From NCBI RefSeq assembly GCF_009914755.1, contig NC_060932.1: a stretch of DNA of 64,000 bases; one strand, given 5' to 3'. A program made the position numbers and the translations under genes. Below are positions 47,878 through 64,000 of this stretch, in pieces. The notes beneath the pieces were generated by a model that was not told the origin of the DNA, made no database searches, and worked only from the letters and a program-made list of their open reading frames with translations. Positions within the stretch are counted from its first letter, which is position 1. Each line of letters opens with the position of its first letter. This stretch comes from the human T2T-CHM13v2.0 reference genome, Homo sapiens.

Positions 47878-49845
47878 TCAAAAATGCACATGGGGAAAAT
47901 GTCTCTATCTCTAGTATTTTGACATGGATGCCAAAAATATCTGGCATAATATGTTACCATTGAAGGAAGTTGGGTGATGGATCCATGGTACCCCTCTGTA
48001 CCAATTTTGCATCTTCTTTTGAGTCTGTAATTATTTCAAAATAAAAGGTTAGAAAAACAAGCTAGGTGCAGTGGCACTCACCTGTAATCCTAGCTACTTG
48101 TCTGTAATCCCAGCTACTCAGGAAGCTGAGGCAAGAGGGTTGCTTGAGCCCAGGAGTTCAAGATCAGCCTAGGCAACACAGCAAGACCCTGTCTCAAAAA
48201 AAAAGAAAGGTAGAAAAACAATACATGGCATACCCACCTGATGCCACTCCCTGAGCTCGCTAATCTATAACCTCACTCTTCTCCAAGCTTTCTCCCTGAG
48301 CCAGAAAAAGTTCCAAACACGTCTCAACCCGAAGTTTCAGGACGGTTTGGTGTGGCAATTGAAACACACCAGCTATCCCTGGCCTAGCACACTTTTTGCA
48401 CATGAGAAGCACACAAGCATTTACTCAACAAGAAAAACTAATCTAACACTGTTCTCAAACTCTGTGCAAGCAATAGCATGGCAAATATTTACACAGCCCA
48501 AACTCTACCTCTTGTAGCAGTCTTTCATAGTGCTACTATCTATGGATGAGCCTCATTTCTCCCAACTAGACTGTGACCTTACAAGCACCGAAATGCATTT
48601 TAAAAAGCTATCCTTTCAGTATCTCACAGTTGTGTAGAGGACCTAGAATTTATGTAACTTAATCTAAATTTTTCCAATTTCGTGGTTAAAAAAAAAGAAG
48701 CGAACAAAAATAAACTACTCTAGCTTAGAGAGAGACACACAAAATCAAGGAACAGGAAAATACCCTATTCTCAAACAGACAGGTATAAAACCTGTAAGTC
48801 TAAGGGGAAAAGGAAGGTTGGAGGCAGTGAAGAACTGGCAAGTTTGGCCCTATTTGCCATCATCAATCAATGTTAAGACAAAGAAAAGAGGGTAAAAGAG
48901 CCTTTTTACTCAGTGGTCTTCAAGTTTTGCTGCTCCTGATGACGGTCCATCCCATGAGAAGCACTGTTTTAAATCAAGAGACCTCCTAACTGGGAAAAGC
49001 CACCACAATCCATGATTTTACTACAATTTGACTAGGTTATGTTACTCATACAATAATTTCAATTCAACTGTCCGAAAAACCTTCTACTTTAAAAAAGCTT
49101 AACCATATCATGTCCCCGATCCCCAAAAAATGCTATTACCTCTCAATAATGTCTTAAAATTGACCAAAGGAAGACAAAGACTGAATCTACATGTCAATTG
49201 AAGAAGCTTTTACATTCCCAGAGCCCTCTGAAGAGCAGAGAGACCCTAGAGAAAAGCAAAATACCAACTGTCCTCGAGTCCCTGCCACTCTAGAGTTTCA
49301 TGAAACCAGAAACATTCAGGGATGGTATGGGGTGGCTGCTAATTCCTGTACTGTACTACAGTACTGACTCCTGTCTCTGCAGGCAAGTGTCGTATGTACT
49401 CTTCAGTAGCTCTCAGCTCTCAAAAGTAGCAGAAAGATGAACAGATGCCAACAAAATCAGTCCACATGTCATCTCTGACCTGCAAACCATGGCCTGCCAA
49501 CCTACACTACAGAAGTCACTCATTTCTGTTTCTGCATCCCCTAGGCAGTGACAAAATCCTACCAGGAATCGTCTCAGGTAGCAGGAATTTGGGTTAATCT
49601 TCTATTGGCGACTATAGGAGGCAAAAAAAAAAAAGTACTTCCCCCAAAAAACAACTACAGAAACAAAAGGTCCCACTGCCCATACTCCCCCTACTCAATT
49701 ATTCTCTAATCTACATGTAATAATCAGAATACCTGATAAGCAGAAAAAACACAATCACTTAAGGAAAACACCTAAGGATTTCCTGGAGATGAAGACAAGT
49801 TTAAACATCACTAGAAATATAAGCCTATTAAGAGAATGAATGTTT

Positions 49846-51496
<1,651 letters not shown>

Positions 51497-51499
51497 GAC

Positions 51500-52058
51500 T
51501 AGAGAATAGCTAGAAAGAGTAAACTACCCAAATTTATATCAGCTAGAAAGCAGATTTAAAAACTGTGGTACAGTCATGAAATAAGTACTACTTTTTTTGT
51601 TTGTTTTGAGACAGAGTCTCACTCTGTTGCCCAGGCTGGAATTCAATGACACAATCTTGATTCACTGCAACCTCCACCTTCCCAGGTCAAGCAATGAAAA
51701 TACTACTTTTAATATAAAAGAAGAAACTACTACATGCTGCAACACAGATCTGTTGCAAAAGCACTGTTCTAAGCAAAAGAAAACAGACACATGATTCCAT
51801 TTCTATGAAATTCAAAAAGGAAAAGCATTACAGTGAGAGAAAGCAGAACAATGGTTGCTAGGTAGCCAGGACCTAGCCTAGGGGGAAGTGACTGAAAATA
51901 CAAAGGGAAACCAGGTAACTTTTTGGGGTGATGAAAATGTCCTGTACCTGGATTGTGGTGGTGATTACACAACTGTACACATTTGCCGAAATTCATCAAA
52001 CTGTACACCTAAAATGGGTTAATTTTACTGAATGTAAAGTATAACTCAATAAAGATGA
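51500..52058 (+). mobile_element. L1ME-type 3' end remnant containing an Alu fragment
   Basis: ATGATTCCATTTCTATGAAATTC..CAAACTGTACACCTAAAATGG..CTCAATAAA. Confidence 0.7.
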
Positions 52059-52537
52059 AAGAGTCAAAGACATTTTATTAAGTGATACTGTCAGAAATTG
52101 AACAAATAACAGTACTTTAGCTGTGCAAGTAACATAAATTGTGTATTTACAAGTAAAATAACATTAAATATTAATACCTTCTTTAATATCCTGACAAAAT
52201 GACAATGTTACAAAGCATGGTTATCTAAGAATTTATCGTATTTCTAATTTGGAAGGGGTTTTGTTACCACTACACTGATTGTCTCAAGAAAGTAATAAGA
52301 AATATGATCTCAGAGAATAATTTCTTATAGCCAAGTTCAATTGACTAATACCTCACCTGTCTATTAGTTCATGAAAATGCTGCAAACTTTTCACATGACA
52401 ATCTTATTTCTCAAAGTGACCCCATGGAAAAATCACTGAATTTCAAGAATCCTGTCTTATCATCCTTATCTAACAATTACAAGTGACTGCTGACAAAAAA
52501 TGCTGTCATACCGGAGGTTAAGAAGTTATAGCACTGA

Positions 52538-55684
<3,147 letters not shown>

Positions 55685-55761
55685 CGTATATTGCTTGAAA
55701 TATTCTTCATAAAAGTCATTTTCACTTATTTTTACAACCAAATGCATTGAAGATCATCTAG

Positions 55762-55995
55762 GATGGGCTTCCTTAACCTTAGCACAACTGACATTTTGGA
55801 CCCCGTAATTCTTTGTTGTGGGGGCTATCCTATGCATTATAGGATGTTTAGCAGCATCTCTGGCCTCCATCCACTAGAGGCCAGTAGCAATGCCCCAGCT
55901 GTGACAATAAAAAATGTCTCCAGACACTGCCCAATAAGGGGAGGGGGTTGTGTGTGGAGGGTGCAAAATCACACCAAGCTGAGAAGTACTAATCT
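55762..55995. mobile_element. MER20 hAT MITE
   Basis: CTGACATTTTGGACC..TAGGATGTTTAGCAGCATCTCTGGCCTC..AAAATGTCTCCAGACACTGCC. Confidence 0.85.
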
Positions 55996-58900
55996 AGAAC
56001 TAAGAGTCGATTCTGCTCTGAATGCTAAGGATATTCTAGGGCAACTCTTTTGAGTTCCTGCTTTGCTATCTGGAAACCAGGCAACACGTAAAAAGTTAAA
56101 AGTAACCATCTCTTCGTAATGTTTTCCGTAGAATCCACATTATAATATTGATCTTTTCCCATCTACTGTCTCAACTGTTCCTCCCTGACCTTGAGGAGAG
56201 TGCTACACCTAATTCAGAGATTGATGTGGGGGGTTCTAAGAGGTTAAATGACTAGGCTACCAGCGCAGAGTTTGAAACTCCTGTCTATAGTATCTTACCT
56301 TGTGTTATGACACCTGAAAGGGAAACTCTAAGCTTAGAGAAAAATCCTTTTGATATGACAATCTCAATAAAGACTGTTTATGACTGCACAATACGTTGTA
56401 ATGCCAAAAGGCAAATCTCACAGGAAAATTCCACATACAGACAAGCAATAAGAACTGGTTTGTTTCGTAACTAACCTGCATCTTGAGGAATAATTCAGGA
56501 CAAGGACAATAAATGCCATAACCACATCACCTTAAGAAGACCTATCCTAACCTAGTACCAAGAAAAGGTTAAGAGCGTCAGCCTCTGAAAAAAAGGCATA
56601 AACCCATTAGGAGCCCTGGAAAGAGCAGTTGAGGGGAAAACGGAATCAAAACACTAAGACAGGTGGCCACACTGCCTGAAGGCTGGGATGTCTGAGACAG
56701 CAGAACCATTCTGGAATACAAGCCACGTGAAGTGGAATGGAGCCCTGGACTTTAAAGAAAAGTCAGAAGACCCATCAGGTGGACCTCAGCTGTCTCTCAG
56801 TAGTTGTATCCCTGCATAAACACTGTAAATCTCTGTGCCTATTTTTTCAGCTCATTAGTGAGGCACTTTCCAGGCTATTAGTGAGGCAGGCCTTTCAGCT
56901 CTCCCCTCAAGCTCGACGAACCACATTCTTTATATTGTTTTACTGTTTCTCTGAGACAATGTTTTAAGCAGGAACGTAGTACTAACTCAAGAAATCCATT
57001 GGAAAGGAGATCAAAATGTCCAAAGTATCTGAGCACTGAATGGTTTCAATTCAGCTCAATGAATATTTGCTTGAGGGCCCAGCATTCTGTGCCAGGCACC
57101 TTGTAATCATTCTGGGAAGTCACAGCCAACATCCTCTTCTTTCCACCCCAGCCATCCCCACCTGTATTTGTCAATTTCATCCTGGCATCATTATTATTCA
57201 TTATTGGCAAGTCTGAAAACACAAATTATGAAAAAAAGATACTTTTTTATGCTTTGTACATTTTAGACACTTGAGACATCAGACTATGATGCTGAACAAA
57301 ATATTTGACTTTTTAAGAGGATGTGGGTAAAGAAAGAAAACGTATTTGAAGAAAACACTACTGTTTTGAGGACCAAGTTTTCTTCAGCTGAGCAATTTAT
57401 TTGCAGTACCATTCTGCCTGTCTAATCTTACTACTTTTATTCCAAAGTATAAAGTCTATTTACACCCTTTTCATACATAACTATGATTATCATTTTATTT
57501 GTGACTCTCATACATTTCTCATAATAAAAAAAGTCAAGCTACAGTAGCAGTAGCTTTTTTATTGCCCCAACTTACTAAAACTTGGTAAAGTTTTTATCTT
57601 TAGATGAAAATACGCTTATTCTAGTTAATTAAAAGGTTCCAGAAAACCAGTCTCTTTTGGAAACAGATTTTTCTCAAGTGACAGGTTGATCCTATTACAA
57701 GTAGGTATGCAAAAAGGAGCCCTCCTTTTGAAAGGGAAACACAGAACAGCTCCTGCCACAAATCAGCTACTTCAAAACTTAGGATATGTGCCTATCTTAA
57801 ATGCTGCCTTCACAAATCTCAAAAGGCAAGACATGTTTACCGCTACTAGATACAACCATATAGCTCTTTATAATTTCACCTACGGCACCTTTCTATTTTT
57901 CAAATATCTGCCACCTTGATGCACATGTTATGACTCAAGTCTACTTTTTTCCTAATTTCATGAAATTAAAAGTCACTATGATCTAAATATTTTTAATGTT
58001 GTATAATGATAGAAGAATCAAACAAAGCTGATTGTTTATACTAGGAATGGAAAAAGAAGAGTTAGCATTTAAAAAGATACATTACTTGTAAATTTCTCAA
58101 ATAGCTGAAGCAAAAGGAATGCTCAAAAATGAATCAAAGTGCCCAACACAACCGCAAAATAGGTTTTGGCATGCACAGCCAACTGAGTAAGCTAGTCAGG
58201 TTTCTTGGTACATAAAGTTAGGACTAATATAGAAAACATGCCCTACCTCTCTTCTCTCTGGTGCGGTTTTCTAAGTAACAAGACAAGCACTACCAACATG
58301 GTTCTGTTAATGACCGTAGAGCTATCCTCACTACTAGCCTGTTTCTAAATTTTACCAAAAAATTTTATGTTAATGTCTCCAAAAGATCTTTAATGAAGTA
58401 AAGTCAGGCTAAGAACCACATAACAAAATGTTAAATAACTAAAAAGTTATTTCAGAATTTAAAGGAACTATGTGACAACTCTGAGTAGTTAGTATTTTCA
58501 GTAAGTATTTCAAAAGATTCCCAAACATGTTAAATACAATATGGCTACAGCAAAGATTAGGCAAATCCGAACCAAGTGCAGAAACTAAACCGCCAGCTCT
58601 GGATTTAAAAGCTGTCTGCTCCACTTGAGGCGGTTAGATACACTGACACAAGAGGCCAGTATCTCAGCAGCAAGTTAGGCCTCTTCCTCCCTCTGGGAAG
58701 CGCATGACAAACAGGGCATCATGCAACTTAAGTCACCCGGTCACTTAGCAAAAATTCTATGTAACTTCTAAACTTGGGACCAGATGGCCTTCTATACGCA
58801 AAAGAAATGTAGAGAGCAGTGAAGTACTGGGAGAGAGGAAGACTTAAAATGCTCCACTTTGTGATCCTGTAAACATTTAGCCCATCATTAGATCTGAGTC

Positions 58901-60083
58901 TTAGATTCTAAGACATGCTTTAATGGAGGCCTCCCTCAACCTCCTGAGTCTGTTTTCCAACAGTGAAGGAACTTTTCCTGCCTTATCTCAGTTCCCTGAG
59001 AGCATGCGGCACTGCAATTCAATATCCTAAACTGGCAAGGAACGGTGGCGGAAGAAAAGGAGAAATCCAAACCAAAACAGCCTATAAAAGACAAAACATA
59101 AAATAAAATCATAATTCATCCTCCGCCCATAGCAAACCCAACCCAGAAATTTACAGCGTGTTAAGAAAAGCAGCATTGCGAACTGCAAACGTAAGAGTTT
59201 TCCTTTGACACTCTACGCACGGTTTTCAGCTGTCAAATTACAACTCAGGAAAACACTATCATTAGAATAGAAAAGGAAACAAAAAAGCTCGCACCACAGG
59301 GGCTAGTAGCAGGAGCTGCCAGCACCATTTCAGGAGGAGAGTAAAGGGAATCCAATGCACTTCCCCACCCCCGCTTGAATCCATCCCCTCCCGGGGCAGG
59401 CAAACCTCACTGCAGGGGCTCAAATTTAATAATAATAACAATAATCATGGCGCTTCCTCCCTCACTCCCTCCCCCAACTATCACCTTCCCCCCACCCCCC
59501 GCCCGCTCCCAGCAATCTGCCGGGAATCGGCTTCTCTCCCCAACCCGACCCCGGGATCCCCAGGTCCAGACCACCCCACCGGACACAGCTGCCGGGGGCC
59601 CGGGACAAGCCCAGCCCAGCCCACCCCGGGGCCCCTGGCCCCGCTTCTCCTCTTCCCTCTCTTTTTACCTCCACCATCCCCCATCCGCATTGTCTGTCTC
59701 AATTCAACTTTGACTAATATGGATTCCTCGGGCCTTGGCCGGGCAGTAATTACCGCCTGCCCCCCGGGAGCCAGAAACCACCCCCCCATCTCCGCCGAGT
59801 TCAACGCCGCTCCTTGCGGGAGGGGGAAGGGGGTTTACAGAGCGCTCTCCAGTCTACACCGCGAGTCCCGTCTACACCGCGCTCCCCCCGCGGCCCCCTG
59901 CCCCCGGGATGAGAAGTTTGCCCCGGAAGGAGCCTAGCAGGAGGCAGTAAGGACCCCCGCACCCCACCCCAGCTGGCCGGCCGGCGCGTAAACACCCGCA
60001 CCCGCCCGGCACGGCCCGTGGGGGAGGGGAGGGAGGGAAGGGCGCCCCTCCCCCCGCGCCCGCCGACCCGCCAGCCCTATTAC

Positions 60084-60145
60084 CTGTCATTGAGCTGGTC
60101 CTCGGTGCCCGGCAGCGGGTGAACCACGAAATGGATGGACGTCAT
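60084..60145 (-). CDS. UBR5: UBR5 coding exon 1 (62 nt, [21 protein letters not shown])
   Basis: ATG in context AAGCACCATGA; translation matches the UBR5 N-terminus as I recall it; donor CAG|GTAATA; lies in a CpG island. Confidence 0.98.
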
Positions 60146-60577
60146 GGTGCTTTCCTTCTCGTCCTCCACTCGAGGGCGGCCCCCTCCCGCTCTCGCCCGC
60201 CCCCCAGCCCTCTACCCCTCCCCAAAACCCACAGCCGCCGCCGCCTCCCAGTCCCCAAATGGAGGGAAGCAAATACGCAGGGGCCGCCGCCGCCTCCCTG
60301 CCGGGCGTGTGTCCGCGGCCCGGAGGGGCGGGCAGGAGGGCGAATCCACACGCCACCCGCTCCCCCGGCGACAGCGCGGAGTGCGAGGCAGGCGGCCGGG
60401 ACCAGGGGCGCGCCGCCGGCCAGCGGCAGACGGGCGTTGGGAGAGGGGCGGCCGGGGGAGGAGAGGGGCGGCTGCTGGCTGCGGGCTACGGGGACGGTCT
60501 GGTCCCGGCGGCGGACGGGGTCCGGACTAGGGGAGGTGAGGAAGGAGGGGAAGGAGATGAGCCCGCACCGCGCGTCA

Positions 60578-60601
60578 CTAGCGAGAAGCTGCCGCCGCCA
60601 T
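60578..60601 (-). other. uORF MAAAASR* in the UBR5 leader
   Basis: ATG GCG GCG GCA GCT TCT CGC TAG; the only minus-strand ATG between 60146 and 60601; requires a TSS above 60601. Confidence 0.6.
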
Positions 60602-60605
60602 CTTC
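60593..60605 (-). promoter_or_regulatory. YY1 / TISU element GAAGATGGCGGC
   Basis: Exact match to the SAASATGGCGGC TISU consensus and the YY1 core AAGATGGCGG. Confidence 0.75.
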
Positions 60606-61311
60606 ACTTCTGCCCCAGTTTCTCCGTCTCGCAGGCTCCGCTCCGGAGCGGCGGGGGAGGGGCAAACGGGAGGAGGAGGAGGGAGGAGACCGGCGGGCGG
60701 GGGCGCGGCGGCGAGAGGCGGGGCTCCGGGAAACGGGCGGCAAGGCCCCCTCGATTGGGCTGCTCAACGTTGTCGGGCCACGACGCTGTAAGGCGCGTGC
60801 CGATTGGTCCGTTCGGTTCCCGAGCCCAGCCCCGCCGGGGGTGGGATGTCTCCAGAGTGAGTGTTCCGGAGAGCACGTGTTAGGGAAGGAGGAGGCTGCG
60901 GGCTAACCTGCCGGGAGGGAGGGTAAGTGTGTGTCCCAGAGGAGGCGAGGAGGAAGAGGGGCTCTTGTGTTCTTTCGCTCGGATTCCCCTGGGGCAGCCC
61001 TAATTATTTGGCGGATCCTTAGGGGTTTCTTGTTGCTTCTCATCCTTCATCCGCAGTTGTATTTATGGTGAAGTTGGTAAAATCAGTTAAGGGGCAAGAC
61101 ATATACAGCCTTTTATTGGAAAAGTAAGGAAATTATGTAAGGGCCTTTCCAGAAGGAGATAGTAGGATCCTGGAGTTGGCTTTGCAGCAACTTCTATTAC
61201 CTCGGTCTCCCCAGTTTCCTCACCACCATCACATGCCCAAAGACAAAATGTGGAAATTTCCACTAATTTCCTGATATAAATGATTCGTGATTTTTTATTA
61301 CTTTTAAATGA

Positions 61312-64000
<2,689 letters not shown>

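Larger units (their letters stand above)
59370..60990. promoter_or_regulatory. UBR5: CpG island / UBR5 promoter, 5'UTR and start of intron 1
   Basis: Very high GC and CpG density against an AT-rich background; ATTGG (CCAAT on minus) at 60754-60758 and 60803-60807; CACGTG at 60874-60879; multiple GC boxes; no TATA seen. Confidence 0.93.

Noticed and set aside
60146-60214. N-terminal extension of UBR5 from an upstream non-AUG start
   Set aside because: In-frame TAG at 60212-60214 limits any extension to 22 codons
60142-60351. GTG-initiated uORF whose stop overlaps the main start (ATGA)
   Set aside because: Near-cognate start, and the ATGA overlap follows automatically from ATG ACG; no supporting evidence
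60119-60906. Plus-strand ORFs of 254, 215 and 131 aa
   Set aside because: Stop-poor GC-rich CpG-island sequence antisense to the UBR5 leader; low-complexity R/G/P/A translations with no recognisable domain

Overview
Human (or great-ape) genomic DNA containing the 5' end of UBR5 (EDD1/HYD HECT E3 ubiquitin ligase) on the minus strand. The CpG-island promoter and exon 1 (ATG at 60145) are followed by a ~50.5 kb intron 1 and a tight cluster of exons 2-5 (7985-9540); the window ends inside intron 5. The spliced exons read [129 protein letters not shown]. The rest is mostly repeats: about 50 Alu copies or fragments, old L1/L2/MIR, MaLR and MER41 LTRs, hAT/mariner fossils and a U13 snoRNA retrocopy. 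Most ORFs in the supplied track derive from Alu, L1 or the CpG island. Main observations: (1) exons 2-5 form a 324-nt phase-symmetric block flanked by inverted Alus, giving a circRNA with a stop-free frame and an in-frame skip isoform; (2) a perfect TISU/YY1 element opens the only upstream-AUG uORF of the leader, ahead of a G4-rich stretch; (3) a candidate 15-nt in-frame microexon lies in intron 1; (4) a poly(A)-tailed MER41B-type retrocopy has a GAS site and an inverted, locally templated insertion with snap-back junctions; (5) a 150-bp local duplication lies in intron 5. Repeat subfamily names and boundaries are by eye and approximate. I found no evidence for a wholly new multi-gene system.
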